In this document: one piece after another, positions 1 to 9,660 of the stretch
Position numbering within the stretch: the first letter of the stretch is position 1
How the letters are laid out: every line of letters starts with the position of its first letter
Source of the DNA: Gaiellaceae bacterium
GTDB lineage: Bacteria; Actinomycetota; Thermoleophilia; Gaiellales; Gaiellaceae
Direction of reading: 5' to 3'
NCBI GenBank assembly: GCA_035653275.1
Contig: DASRCE010000002.1
Span: forward strand, 13,267-77,266
DNA: 64,000 nt
Translations under genes and position numbers: made by a program
The notes under the pieces: generated by a model
Seen by the model: only the letters and a program-made list of their open reading frames with translations
Database searches by the model: none
What the model was told of the DNA's origin: nothing

Positions 1-1335
1 GATCGGGCGGTCTTCGAGCAGGGGATCCCGACGCTCGGCATCTGCTACGGCGCGCAGCTGCTCGCACTCGAGCTGGGCGGCCGCGTCGAGAAGACCGGAG
101 CCGGCGAGTACGGGAAGGTGTCGATGCGCGCGCACGGCGACGGGCTCTTCGCGTCGCTGCCGTCGGAGCAGACGGCCTGGATGTCGCACCGCGACACCGT
201 CGTCGCGCCGCCGGCGGGGGCCCGCGTCGTCGCCGAGTCGGAGCACACGCCCGTCGCGGCGTTCGCGGACGACGACCGGAAGCTGTACGGCGTCCAGTTC
301 CACCCGGAGGTCGTGCACACGCCACACGGCCAGCAGGTCCTGAAGAACTTCCTCTACGAGCTCGCCGGCGCGGCGCCAGCGTGGACGCCTGCGGCCGTCA
401 TCGAGGAGCAGGTCGAGCGGATCCGCGCGCAAGTCGGGCGCGAGCGGGTGCTGTGCGCGCTCTCGGGCGGCGTCGACTCGGCGGTCGCCGCGCTTCTCGT
501 GCACAAGGCGGTCGGCGACCAGCTCACGTGCGTCTTCGTCGACCACGGCCTGCTCCGTAAGGGCGAGGCGGAGCAGGTGGTCGAGACGTTCGGCGGCGTC
601 TTCCACGTGCCGCTCGTCCACGTGCAGGCGCAGGAGCGGTTCCTCGCGAGGCTCACGGGAGTCACGGAGCCGGAGGAGAAGCGGAAGATCATCGGCCAGG
701 AGTTCATCCGCGTCTTCGAGGAGGAGGCGCGGAAGCTCGGCGACGTGCGGTGGCTCGTCCAGGGGACGCTCTACTCCGACGTGATCGAGTCGGGCGGCAC
801 GGACGGCGTCGCCGAGACGATCAAGTCGCACCACAACGTCGGCGGGCTGCCCGCGGACATGCGGATGAAGCTCGTCGAGCCGCTCCGGCTCCTGTTCAAG
901 GACGAGGTGCGGCGCGTCGGCGAGGAGCTCGGCATGCCAGAGCGGATGGTCTGGCGGCAGCCGTTCCCCGGGCCGGGGCTCGCGATCCGGATCATCGGCG
1001 AGGTGACCCACGAGCGGCTGGAGACGCTGCGCGAGGCGGACGCGATCCTCCAGGAGGAGGTGCGGAAGGCGGGCCTCTACCGCGAGCTCTGGCAGAGCTT
1101 CTGCGTCCTGCCCGCGATCCGTTCCGTCGGCGTCCAGGGCGACTCGCGCACGTACGGGTACCCGATCGCGATCCGGGCGGTGACGTCGGAGGACGCGATG
1201 ACGGCCGACTGGGCGCGCCTCCCGTACGACCTGATCGAGACGATCGCCTCGCGGGTCGTGAACGAGATCCCGGCCGTGAACCGCGTCGTCCTCGACGTCA
1301 CCTCCAAGCCTCCCGCCACGATCGAGTGGGAGTGA
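1..1335 (+). CDS. guaA: GMP synthase (glutamine-hydrolysing), 5' end outside the window
   Basis: Frame 1 is open from base 1 ([21 protein letters not shown], amidotransferase active-site region). It continues into the ATP-pyrophosphatase motif SGGVDSAV and a C-terminal GMP synthase dimerisation region ending IEWE. Confidence 0.95.
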   Translation, partial: DRAVFEQGIPTLGICYGAQLLALELGGRVEKTGAGEYGKVSMRAHGDGLFASLPSEQTAWMSHRDTVVAPPAGARVVAESEHTPVAAFADDDRKLYGVQFHPEVVHTPHGQQVLKNFLYELAGAAPAWTPAAVIEEQVERIRAQVGRERVLCALSGGVDSAVAALLVHKAVGDQLTCVFVDHGLLRKGEAEQVVETFGGVFHVPLVHVQAQERFLARLTGVTEPEEKRKIIGQEFIRVFEEEARKLGDVRWLVQGTLYSDVIESGGTDGVAETIKSHHNVGGLPADMRMKLVEPLRLLFKDEVRRVGEELGMPERMVWRQPFPGPGLAIRIIGEVTHERLETLREADAILQEEVRKAGLYRELWQSFCVLPAIRSVGVQGDSRTYGYPIAIRAVTSEDAMTADWARLPYDLIETIASRVVNEIPAVNRVVLDVTSKPPATIEWE

Positions 1336-1354
1336 ACGCGGGTGCGTGCCGCTC

Positions 1355-1380
1355 GGCACCGTGCCAAATGGCACCGTGCC
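1355..1380. promoter_or_regulatory. Two tandem copies of the 11-bp palindrome GGCACCGTGCC separated by AAAT; candidate operator
   Basis: GGCACCGTGCC occurs at 1355-1365 and again at 1370-1380, a 15-bp direct repeat with one mismatch. It lies 20 nt upstream of the ATPase start at 1400. Confidence 0.4.
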
Positions 1381-1399
1381 GAATGGTACGATGTAGTCG

Positions 1400-2542
1400 A
1401 TGCCGCACCAGAACCCCTTCCGCTACGGCCACCTCGCCCTCGACGCGGCGTTCACCGACCGCGACCGGGAGGCGCGCGAGCTCGCGCGCGACATGTGGAA
1501 CGGCCAGGACGTCGTCCTCGTCGCTCCGAGGCGGTACGGCAAGTCGTCGCTCGCGTGGCGTGCCGCGAGCGACGTCATCGCGAGGCACGGCATGCGTGTC
1601 GGCTACGTCGACCTCCTCGCAGCGCCGTCGAAGGAGAAGTTCGCCGAGAAGCTCGCCGCCACGATCTACGAGGACGTCGCGCCGCAGCTCGCGCGCGCCC
1701 GCGACCGCGTGACGTCGCTCCTCTCGGGGCTGCGCATCAACCCGTCCGTGACGTTCGACGCGCACGGCGGCGTCTCGTTCTCTTTCGCCGCCGGCCACGC
1801 GTCGCAGGACGTCGACGCGACGCTCGAGCGGCTGTTCGAGCTGCCGGCGCAGCTCGCGGCCGAGCACAAGCTCCGCGTCGCGATCGTATTCGACGAGTTC
1901 CAAGAGCTCGTCGAGCTCGATCCGCGCCTGCCGGCGCTCATGCGCTCGGTCTTCCAGCGTCAACCCGAGGTGGCGCACGTCTACCTCGGAAGCAGGCGGC
2001 ACATGATGGACAAGCTCTTCAACGACGAGCACGAGCCGTTCTGGCGCAGCGCGAAGCAGATGGAGATCGGCCTGATCGACCCCGAGGCGTTCCGGCCGTA
2101 CATCGAGTCGCAGTTCGAGCGGACGGATCGCGGCCTGGCGGCAGGCGTCGCCGACCGTGTGCTCTCCGTCACGCGAGGCCATCCGTATGCGACGCAGGAG
2201 CTGTGTTACTTCGTCTGGGATGCCGTCCCCGAGGGGTTCTCGGCGACGTCGTCGGACGTCGACCGTGCGCTCGAGACCGTCCTCCGATCCGAGCACGCGC
2301 ACTTCTCACGCATCTGGGAGAAGGCCGCCCGCGGGCAGCGCCTCGTCCTGCAGGCGCTCGCGGCGCAGCCGAACGTACCGATCAGCGAGGAGTACCGCCA
2401 CCGGCACGGCCTCCCGCCGGACGCGACGGTGCGCAAGGCGCTGCGGACGCTGGCGGCCGACGAGCTCGTTGCGCGCGACGCCTCCGGGTACCGCATCAGC
2501 GAGCCTTTCCTCGCGGAGTGGATCCTGAGGTTCGAATCGTGA
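1400..2542 (+). CDS. AAA+ ATP-binding protein (archaeal-ATPase/DUF234-like)
   Basis: Walker A APRRYGKSSL, Walker B AIVFDEFQEL, and a C-terminal winged-helix-like tail. Confidence 0.8.
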   Translation: MPHQNPFRYGHLALDAAFTDRDREARELARDMWNGQDVVLVAPRRYGKSSLAWRAASDVIARHGMRVGYVDLLAAPSKEKFAEKLAATIYEDVAPQLARARDRVTSLLSGLRINPSVTFDAHGGVSFSFAAGHASQDVDATLERLFELPAQLAAEHKLRVAIVFDEFQELVELDPRLPALMRSVFQRQPEVAHVYLGSRRHMMDKLFNDEHEPFWRSAKQMEIGLIDPEAFRPYIESQFERTDRGLAAGVADRVLSVTRGHPYATQELCYFVWDAVPEGFSATSSDVDRALETVLRSEHAHFSRIWEKAARGQRLVLQALAAQPNVPISEEYRHRHGLPPDATVRKALRTLAADELVARDASGYRISEPFLAEWILRFES

Positions 2543-3162
2543 CGCCGTACCGGGTCGAGACCGAGCGCCTCGTCCTCCGTTGCTACGACCTCGAGGACGC
2601 GCCGCTCCTCAAGGACGCCGTGGACCGCAGCCTCGAGCATCTCCGGCCGTGGATGCCGTGGACGCCCGACGAGCCCGAGCCGCTCGACGAGGTGTACGAG
2701 CGGCTGCGCAGCTTCCGCGCCCAGTACGACCGCGACGAGAACTGGGTCATGGGCGTGTTCGCGCGCGACGAGTCGCGGTGCCTCGGCGGCACCGGGCTGC
2801 ACCCGTCCAAGGAGGGCGACGAGGGTCGCGAGATCGGCTACTGGATCGCTGCGGACGCCGTCGGCCAGGGCTACGCGACCGAGCTGGCCGCCGCGCTGAC
2901 GCGGGTCGCGTTCGAGGTGCTCCACCTCGACCGCGTCGTGATCCGCGTCGACCCCGCGAACGTCCGCAGCGACCGCGTCCCGGCGAAGCTCGGCTTCACG
3001 AAGGAGGCGACGCTCCGCCGCCGCCTCCTGTCGAAGCAAGGCTCGGACCTGCGCGACGCGAACATCTGGACGATGTTCCGCTCGGAGCTCGCCGGCTCGC
3101 CGGCGGCGCAGTACGCCTACGTCGCGTACGACGCCCTCGGCCGAGAGCTCGCGCCCGCCTGA
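2539..3162 (+). CDS. GNAT family N-acetyltransferase (RimJ/RimL-like)
   Basis: The GTG start overlaps the upstream stop (GTGA). It has an ERLVLR N-terminus, a GYWI..QGYATE acetyl-CoA-binding region and the GF.KEA motif typical of Acetyltransf_3. Confidence 0.85.
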   Translation: MTPYRVETERLVLRCYDLEDAPLLKDAVDRSLEHLRPWMPWTPDEPEPLDEVYERLRSFRAQYDRDENWVMGVFARDESRCLGGTGLHPSKEGDEGREIGYWIAADAVGQGYATELAAALTRVAFEVLHLDRVVIRVDPANVRSDRVPAKLGFTKEATLRRRLLSKQGSDLRDANIWTMFRSELAGSPAAQYAYVAYDALGRELAPA

Positions 3163-3366
3163 GCGTCACAAAGCTCCCCCTCCGGGCATGTCGTTGCGAG
3201 ACCCGTCCGGTGGCAGCCACCGTCGCGGACCGTCCACAGCGGGGACCTGTCCTCGGGCCCTCCGACGGGCTCAGGGGGACAGGGAGTCGCCGTCCGGCGG
3301 GGCCGAGGGCTGTGGAGGAAACGCAATCGGAGGGACATGTCCGCGTCCCTGTCACGAGCTGCGGCG

Positions 3367-4110
3367 CTACGCGCGGGGCCCGCCTGCGACGTAGACCACC
3401 TGGCCGCTCACGTACGACGCGTCGTCGGAGCAGAGGAACGCGATCGTCGCCGCGACGTCCTCCGGCCGCCCGACGCGGCGCAGCGGCACGTGCTCGGCCG
3501 CCGCCTGCACGAACTGCTCGAACGGCACTCCGACGCGCTCCGCCGTCTGCCTCGTCATGTCCGTTGCGATGAAGCCGGGCGCGACGCAGTTGACGTTGAC
3601 ATTGAACGGACCGAGCTCGATCGCGAGCGTCTTCGTCATCCCCTGCAGGCCCGCCTTCGCCGCCGAGTAGTTCGTCTGCCCGCGGTTCCCGAGCGCCGAG
3701 GTCGACGAGATGAGGACGATCTTTCCGCTCCGCTGCTCGACCATGTGCGCCTGCGCCGCGCGCACCGCGAAGAACGTCCCCTTCAGGTGCGTGTCGACGA
3801 CCGCGTCCCAGTCGTCGTCGGTCATCTTGAAGAGCAGGTTGTCGCGGATGATCCCCGCGCACGTGACGAGGATGTCGAGCGATCCGCCGCGCGACACCGC
3901 GGCCTCGACCGCCGCCTCGACGTCGCCGCGGCTCGTGACGTCGCACCCGACGGCGTGCCCGCCGATCTCCTCGGCCGTCCGCCGCGCGGCCGGCTCGTCG
4001 AAGTCGGCCACGACGACGGTCGCGCCCTCCGACGCGAGCAGGCGCGCCGTGGCCGCGCCGATCCCCTTCGCGCCGCCCGTGACGAGCGCCGTCTTCCCCT
4101 CGAACCTCAT
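3367..4110 (-). CDS. fabG: 3-oxoacyl-ACP reductase type short-chain dehydrogenase
   Basis: TGGAKGIG cofactor motif, NYSAAK catalytic YxxxK motif, 247 aa. Confidence 0.88.
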   Translation of the reverse strand: MRFEGKTALVTGGAKGIGAATARLLASEGATVVVADFDEPAARRTAEEIGGHAVGCDVTSRGDVEAAVEAAVSRGGSLDILVTCAGIIRDNLLFKMTDDDWDAVVDTHLKGTFFAVRAAQAHMVEQRSGKIVLISSTSALGNRGQTNYSAAKAGLQGMTKTLAIELGPFNVNVNCVAPGFIATDMTRQTAERVGVPFEQFVQAAAEHVPLRRVGRPEDVAATIAFLCSDDASYVSGQVVYVAGGPRA

Positions 4111-4139
4111 CGCGCGGCTGACCGTATACGGTCCGTCGC

Positions 4140-4736
4140 ATGGAGCTTCGGGAGATCCTGCGCCGGCGGCGAATGCACCGCACGTTCCTCACGGACCCGC
4201 TGCCGCGCGAGCAGGTCGAGCGGATCGCGCACGTGATCCGCCACGCGCCCTCCGGCGGGTTCAGCCAGGGCGGGAGCATCGTCGTCGTCACCGAGGACGA
4301 AACGCGTGCGGCGATCGCCCGCGCCTTCGGCGACGAGCACTACTCGACCGGCGGGCGCAACTTCATCGCCGACGCGCCGGTCCACATGGTGATCTCGGCG
4401 AACGAGACGCTCTACCACGCGCGCTACAACGAGCCGGACAAGCTGCGCGCGACAGGCGGCGTCGAGGTCACCTGGCCCGTTCCCTACTGGTTCGTCGACG
4501 CGGGAGCGTTGATGATGCTCGTGCTCCTCGCGGCCATCGACGAGGGTCTCGCCGGCGCGTTCGTCGGCCACCCGGACCAGAAGCGGATCTTCGACGAGCT
4601 GCTCGGCCTGCCCGAGGACGTGGTCCCGATCGGGCTCGCGCTGATCGGGAAGCCGGGCGGGAGCCCGCCCGTCGGATCGCGGCTCAGCTCGCGCCGGCGG
4701 CCGCTCCCCGAGGTGGTCCGCTGGCAGCGATGGTGA
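4140..4736 (+). CDS. Nitroreductase family protein
   Basis: N-terminal RRRRMHRTF and a HAPSGG motif typical of the nitroreductase fold; 198 aa. Confidence 0.8.
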   Translation: MELREILRRRRMHRTFLTDPLPREQVERIAHVIRHAPSGGFSQGGSIVVVTEDETRAAIARAFGDEHYSTGGRNFIADAPVHMVISANETLYHARYNEPDKLRATGGVEVTWPVPYWFVDAGALMMLVLLAAIDEGLAGAFVGHPDQKRIFDELLGLPEDVVPIGLALIGKPGGSPPVGSRLSSRRRPLPEVVRWQRW

Positions 4737-5757
4737 CGCGCGGGTAACGCGCGCGCACCTCGTCGACAAACGCCGCCAGCCGGTCGGCGATCGCCGCGTC
4801 CTCGATCTCCAGGACGTTCTCGGCGTTCTTCTCGCCGCTCCGCGACAGGTTGAACGAGCCGACGAACACCGTGTCGTCGCAGACGCACACCTTGGCGTGC
4901 ATGAAGTCGTGCACGGTGCCGCTGCCGTACGGCGTCGACTCCTTGCCCGTGAACGGCCCCGCCATCACCTGCTCGAGGAGGGGCAGCTTCCACGCCGCGT
5001 TTCCGTTCTCGGACCACTGGTGGACGACCTCGCGCACCTGCGTCGCGTCCACGCAGCCGGCGAGGTCGACGCTCCCGTCGGAGATCACCTGCGCGAGCGT
5101 CCCCAGCACCGGCCCGGTCGTGATCACCGGAGAGCAGATCCGGACGCGCCGGCGTGCGCGCCGGATGATCTTCGCGATCCGCGACGAGAGGTCCTCGCCG
5201 TGGCCGGGCGTGAACCAGGCTCGCACGCCGTCGTCCCAGCGCGGATCGACGAAGCCGCTCTTCATCACGTCGCCGGTCGACCAGAGCTGGTCGAAGTCGA
5301 TCCCGTACGCCTTCGCGATCGCCGGCGAGTGCACGACGGCGACGACGTTCTCCTGCCGCGACCAGGAGTCGTTCGTCCAGTTCATCGACCCGGTCCAGAC
5401 CGCTTCGCCGTCGCGGACGACGTACTTGTGGTGCATCAGGTCGGGCACGCCGGCGATCGGCTTTCCCTGGACGGGGAGCGACGCGATCAGCTGGACGTCC
5501 GGCTCCGGCGGCGGCGGCACCGGAACCGGGTTCGCGTGGTCGAGGTTGTATGCAAGGCGGATCCGGACGCCGCGTTCCGCCGCGCCGCGCAGCGACGCGA
5601 CCACGACGTCACGCGCCTCGTCCGAGAGGTTGAAGTCGTACTGCGCGAGGTCGAGAGTCTGCGTCGCGGGGTCGAGGAACGCCGCCACCATGCGCGCGAC
5701 GTCCGCCGGCTGCTGGCCGCCGTCCGTCAGAGTGCGGATCTCGATGCGCTCGCTCAT
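4684..5757 (-). CDS. Phospholipase D-like protein with two HKD motifs
   Basis: HHKYVVRDGEAVWTGSMNWTNDS and HAKVCVCDDTVFVGSFNLSRSG in one 357-aa polypeptide. Confidence 0.85.
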   Translation of the reverse strand: MSERIEIRTLTDGGQQPADVARMVAAFLDPATQTLDLAQYDFNLSDEARDVVVASLRGAAERGVRIRLAYNLDHANPVPVPPPPEPDVQLIASLPVQGKPIAGVPDLMHHKYVVRDGEAVWTGSMNWTNDSWSRQENVVAVVHSPAIAKAYGIDFDQLWSTGDVMKSGFVDPRWDDGVRAWFTPGHGEDLSSRIAKIIRRARRRVRICSPVITTGPVLGTLAQVISDGSVDLAGCVDATQVREVVHQWSENGNAAWKLPLLEQVMAGPFTGKESTPYGSGTVHDFMHAKVCVCDDTVFVGSFNLSRSGEKNAENVLEIEDAAIADRLAAFVDEVRARYPRVTIAASGPPRGAAAGAS

Positions 5758-6265
5758 CGACCGGCTCGCGATTGCCCGGATCGGGCAGACGACGAACTTC
5801 TACCGCGACGGCGCCGGTGCCGCGCTCCGGCGCGCACGGCTCGCCGCGTACCTCGATGCGCGCCGCCGCGCGTCGCTGCTGCTCGTCGGCGAGGCGCCCG
5901 GCTATCGCGGCACCCGGGTCTCGGGGATTCCCTTCACCTCGGAGCGCCAGCTCACCGGCGCGGGGCCCGCGGAGGCGACGGCGACGATCGTCCACCGCGT
6001 TCTCGCCGAGCTGGGCGTCGCCGAGGACGTCCTGCTCTGGAACGTGGTGCCGACGCATCCCGGCACGGAGCGCTCGAACCGTCCGCCGTCGCGCGCGGAG
6101 GTGGCGCAGGGGCGTGCGTTCGCGGAGGAGCTCGCGTGCGGCCGGCGCGTGATCGCCGTCGGCCGCGTCGCGGGCGCCGCGCTCGGCGTCGACGCGGTGC
6201 GCCACCCGTCGCACGGCGGCGCCGCAGCGTTCGCCGCCGGGTTGCGTGCTCTAATCCTCCGATGA
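5744..6265 (+). CDS. Uracil-DNA glycosylase superfamily protein
   Basis: Motif A GEAPGYRG and motif B HPSHGG. The ATG at 5744 is chosen within the long ORF 4850..6265 and overlaps the divergent PLD start by 14 nt. Confidence 0.72.
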   Translation: MRSLIDRLAIARIGQTTNFYRDGAGAALRRARLAAYLDARRRASLLLVGEAPGYRGTRVSGIPFTSERQLTGAGPAEATATIVHRVLAELGVAEDVLLWNVVPTHPGTERSNRPPSRAEVAQGRAFAEELACGRRVIAVGRVAGAALGVDAVRHPSHGGAAAFAAGLRALILR

Positions 6266-7479
6266 CGGACGTCCGCCGGAACGCGCTCCTGCTCGCGCTC
6301 GGGCTCGTGTTCCAGTCGGGGATGATCCAGCTCGCGGTCGCTCTCGGCACGGTGACGATCGTCGCCGTGACGGGCGTCCACAGCATCCTCGGGCTCGGCC
6401 CGGCGGTGTTCCTCGTCGCGGGGGCGCTCGCGGTCGGCCCCGCCGGACGGCTCTCGGACCGGGTCGGCCGGATGCCGGTGATCCGCGGCGGCTACCTCCT
6501 CGGGATCGCGGGCCCGGCGGTCACGGCCGCGGGCTGCGCCTGGCGCCAGGGGGTCCTCGTCTTCCTCGGCCTCGGCCTCTGCGGCGCCGCGCAGACGATC
6601 GTGCTCCTCTCGCGCGCGGCCGCCGCGGAGATGTTCCCGCCCGAGCGCCGCGCGCGCGGCATGTCGATCGTCCTGTTCGCCGTCGTTTCGGGAGCGATCT
6701 GGGGGCCGCTCGTGTTCGGGCCGATGTTCTCCGGACGCGCGCTCGACGCGCACGACCTCACGCTGCCGTGGCTCGCTGCGACGCTCTTCACGACGGCCGG
6801 GTTCCTCGTCTCGCTCGGCGTGCGGCGCGACCCGCGTGACCTGTCGCACGCGTACGTCGCGCCGACGGCGACGAGCCCGCTCCGCGACATCCTGCGGCGT
6901 CCGGGCGTCGCGCCGGCGATGACGGCGGCGGTGGCGAGCTTCGCGCTGATGGCGGGGGTCATGAACCTGGCGGGCTACGTGGCCGTCGGCCACCACCACG
7001 CGCACGGCAGCGTGTTCACGATCATCAGCCTGCACATCGTCGGGATGTACGGGCTCGTGCTCGTCGTCGGGGACGCGATCGACCGCATCGGGCGCCGCCG
7101 CGCAATGGTGCTCGGGCTGGGTGCGATCGCGCTCGCGAACGCCGGCCTCGCCTGGTTCGCCTCGATCGCCGGCATGAGCCTCTGCATGTTCGTGCTCGGC
7201 CTCGGCTGGTGTCTCGCGTACGTCGCCGCGACGACGGAGCTCGTCGACCTCGCCGGGCCCGAGGAGCGCGGCCGTCTCGTCGGCCTCTCAGACCTCCTGT
7301 CGAGCTTCGGTGGCGCCGCTCTGGCGCTCTTCGGCGGCGTCGTCTACACCGGCGCGGGCGGCTCCGTGCCGCTCGCCGGGCTCGCCACCGGCCTCGCCGT
7401 CCTCGCCTCCGCCTGGGTCGCGGGGAACCCTGCTACCATTGCCGCCCGCGGATCCCGTGCGGTCCGCGTTTCTCCGTGA
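6262..7479 (+). CDS. MFS transporter
   Basis: About 12 hydrophobic helices and a [12 protein letters not shown] loop motif. ATGA overlap with the upstream gene. Confidence 0.85.
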   Translation: MTDVRRNALLLALGLVFQSGMIQLAVALGTVTIVAVTGVHSILGLGPAVFLVAGALAVGPAGRLSDRVGRMPVIRGGYLLGIAGPAVTAAGCAWRQGVLVFLGLGLCGAAQTIVLLSRAAAAEMFPPERRARGMSIVLFAVVSGAIWGPLVFGPMFSGRALDAHDLTLPWLAATLFTTAGFLVSLGVRRDPRDLSHAYVAPTATSPLRDILRRPGVAPAMTAAVASFALMAGVMNLAGYVAVGHHHAHGSVFTIISLHIVGMYGLVLVVGDAIDRIGRRRAMVLGLGAIALANAGLAWFASIAGMSLCMFVLGLGWCLAYVAATTELVDLAGPEERGRLVGLSDLLSSFGGAALALFGGVVYTGAGGSVPLAGLATGLAVLASAWVAGNPATIAARGSRAVRVSP

Positions 7480-7907
7480 TGAAGACGTACAGCGCCAAAC
7501 CCGGCGAGATTCAGCGCGACTGGGTCCTCGTCGACGCCGACGGCAAGACGCTCGGCCGCCTCGCGACGGTGATCGCCGACCGTCTCCGCGGCAAGGGCAA
7601 GCCTGCATTCACGCCGCACGTCGACACCGGCGACTTCGTCGTCGTCGTGAACGCGGAGAAGATCGCGGTCACCGGGAAGAAGCTCGACGAGAAGGTGTAC
7701 TACTCGCACTCGGGGTACCCGGGCGGGCTGCGCGCGCGGACGCTGCGCGTGGAGCTCGAGCGGCGGCCGACGGAGGTGCTGCGGAGGGCCGTGAAGGGGA
7801 TGCTCCCGCGCAACAAGCTCGGGCGCGCCCAGCTCACCAAGCTCAAGATCTACGCCGGCCCGGATCACCCGCACGAGGCCCAGGCGCCGACCCCGCTCGA
7901 GGTGTGA
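7479..7907 (+). CDS. rplM: 50S ribosomal protein L13
   Basis: [20 protein letters not shown]...; TGATG 1-nt overlap with the MFS gene. Confidence 0.97.
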   Translation: MKTYSAKPGEIQRDWVLVDADGKTLGRLATVIADRLRGKGKPAFTPHVDTGDFVVVVNAEKIAVTGKKLDEKVYYSHSGYPGGLRARTLRVELERRPTEVLRRAVKGMLPRNKLGRAQLTKLKIYAGPDHPHEAQAPTPLEV

Positions 7908-8308
7908 TGACGACCCCCGCTCCTGCCCAGTACCTCGGCACGGGGAAGCGCAAGACGTCTGTCGCACGCGTGATCCTGCGGCCCGGCGCCGGCGCCACGT
8001 GGGTGAACGGGAAGACGCTCGAGGAGTATTTCCCGCGGCTGCAGCATCGCGTGCACGCGCTCTCGCCGCTGAAGACGGCAGGCCTCGAGGGGCAGTACGA
8101 CCTGCGCGTGCGCGTCCACGGCGGCGGCCCGTCGGGGCAGGCGGGCGCGGTGCGGCATGGGATCGCGCGGGCCCTCGTCGAGGTGAATCCCGAGCTCCGC
8201 GTCCCGCTCAAGCGGGCGGGGTTCCTCACGCGCGACGCGCGGGAGGTCGAGCGCAAGAAGGCCGGCCTCCACAAGGCCCGGAAGGCGCCGCAGTTCAGCA
8301 AGCGCTAG
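7907..8308 (+). CDS. rpsI: 30S ribosomal protein S9
   Basis: [12 protein letters not shown] ... [17 protein letters not shown]; TGATG overlap with rplM. Confidence 0.97.
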   Translation: MTTPAPAQYLGTGKRKTSVARVILRPGAGATWVNGKTLEEYFPRLQHRVHALSPLKTAGLEGQYDLRVRVHGGGPSGQAGAVRHGIARALVEVNPELRVPLKRAGFLTRDAREVERKKAGLHKARKAPQFSKR

Positions 8309-8319
8309 CGTCTCGCGCG

Positions 8320-9585
8320 GTGGCGCGCAGGTACTTCGGCACCGACGGTGTCCGTGGGATCGTCGGCGAGTTCCTCACGCCCGAGCTCGTCGAGCGCCTC
8401 GGCCGCGCCGCTGCGACGTGGACGGGGGCGGCCAAGGTCTTCGTCGGCCGCGACACGCGCGCGTCGGGCGTCGAGCTGGAGCAGGCGTTCGCCCGCGGCG
8501 TCGTCTCCGTCGGCGGCGACTGCATCCTCGGCGGCGTGCTGCCGACGCCGGCGGTCGCGCTGCTCGCCCTCGACCTCGGCGTCGTCATCTCGGCGTCGCA
8601 CAACCCGCCCGAGTACAACGGCGTCAAGTTCTTCGACTCGAAGGGGCGGAAGCTCTCGGACCAGTCGGAGGAGCAGATCGAGGAGCTGCTGGTCGCGTCG
8701 CCGGGAATCGACCAGGGGCGGATCGAGCATGTCGAGGTCGCGACGGACTCGTACCTGACGCACATCCTCGAGCGCTTCGGCGCCGACCTGAACGGGCTCC
8801 GGATCGTCGTCGACTGCGCGAACGGCGCGTACGCCGGACTCGCCCCCACCGCGTTCGAGCGGTGCGGCGCGCAGGTGCACGCGATCGGCGACGCGCCCGA
8901 CGGCGCGAACATCAACGTCGGCTGCGGCGCGACGGACCTCGAGCTGCTGCAGCGGACCGTGATCGAGCTTGGCTACGACCTCGGTGTTGCGTTCGACGGC
9001 GACGGAGACCGCATGCTCGCGGTGGACGAGCGCGGTGCAGTCGTCGACGGCGACCAGATCGTCGCGATCCTCGCGCTCGACCAGCAGGTCGACCAGGTCG
9101 CCGTCACCGTGATGACGAACCTCGGCTTCCACGCGCTGATGGCGGAGCACGGCGTCCGCGTGCACACCACCGACGTCGGCGACCGGTACGTCCTCGAAGC
9201 GCTGCATCGCGAGAACGCCGTCCTCGGCGGCGAGCAGTCGGGCCACATCATCTTCCTCCGCGACCACGTGACCGGCGACGGGCTCGCCGCCGGCCTCCTT
9301 CTCTGCGGCGCGCTCGAAGGGCGGCCGCTGAGCGAGGCGGCGGCCGTGATGCCGCGCTTCCCTCAGGTGAAGGAAAACGTGCGGGTCGTGCAGAAGGAGC
9401 TGTCTCCTACGATCGAGACGGAGGTGGAACGGCTGAACGAGGAGCTCGGCGGGAGCGGCCGCGTGCTGGTGCGGCCGTCGGGCACGGAGCCCTTGATCCG
9501 CGTGCTGGCGGAGGCGCAGAATCCCTCAGTCGCGCAGGAGGCCTGTGCTAGCATCGCCTCCCTCGTTCGGCGAGAGCTCGGCTGA
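8320..9585 (+). CDS. glmM: Phosphoglucosamine mutase
   Basis: FGTDGVRG N-terminus and active-site SASHNPPEYNGVKF. GTG start chosen at 8320. Confidence 0.95.
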   Translation: MARRYFGTDGVRGIVGEFLTPELVERLGRAAATWTGAAKVFVGRDTRASGVELEQAFARGVVSVGGDCILGGVLPTPAVALLALDLGVVISASHNPPEYNGVKFFDSKGRKLSDQSEEQIEELLVASPGIDQGRIEHVEVATDSYLTHILERFGADLNGLRIVVDCANGAYAGLAPTAFERCGAQVHAIGDAPDGANINVGCGATDLELLQRTVIELGYDLGVAFDGDGDRMLAVDERGAVVDGDQIVAILALDQQVDQVAVTVMTNLGFHALMAEHGVRVHTTDVGDRYVLEALHRENAVLGGEQSGHIIFLRDHVTGDGLAAGLLLCGALEGRPLSEAAAVMPRFPQVKENVRVVQKELSPTIETEVERLNEELGGSGRVLVRPSGTEPLIRVLAEAQNPSVAQEACASIASLVRRELG

Positions 9586-9627
9586 TCCGTCCCGACGAGG
9601 GGGCGGAGCCCACAGCCGAGCTTTGCT

Positions 9628-9639
9628 GTTTCCGGAAAC
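9628..9639. promoter_or_regulatory. Perfect 12-bp palindrome GTTTCCGGAAAC just upstream of the glmS Shine-Dalgarno
   Basis: Read directly from the sequence; about 22 nt before the glmS GTG start at 9661. Confidence 0.3.
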
Positions 9640-9660
9640 CGCGGAAGGAGGGCCGGAGAA

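Noticed and set aside
4684-6265. PLD-like nuclease plus UDG-like gene as a phage-defence pair.
   Set aside because: The two genes are divergent rather than co-oriented, and there is no associated ATPase, helicase or methylase. I know of no defence system with this composition, so the evidence is too thin to propose one.
9586-9660. glmS ribozyme upstream of glmS.
   Set aside because: The spacer is only 75 nt, whereas the ribozyme core needs about 150-170 nt. I saw none of its conserved core sequence.
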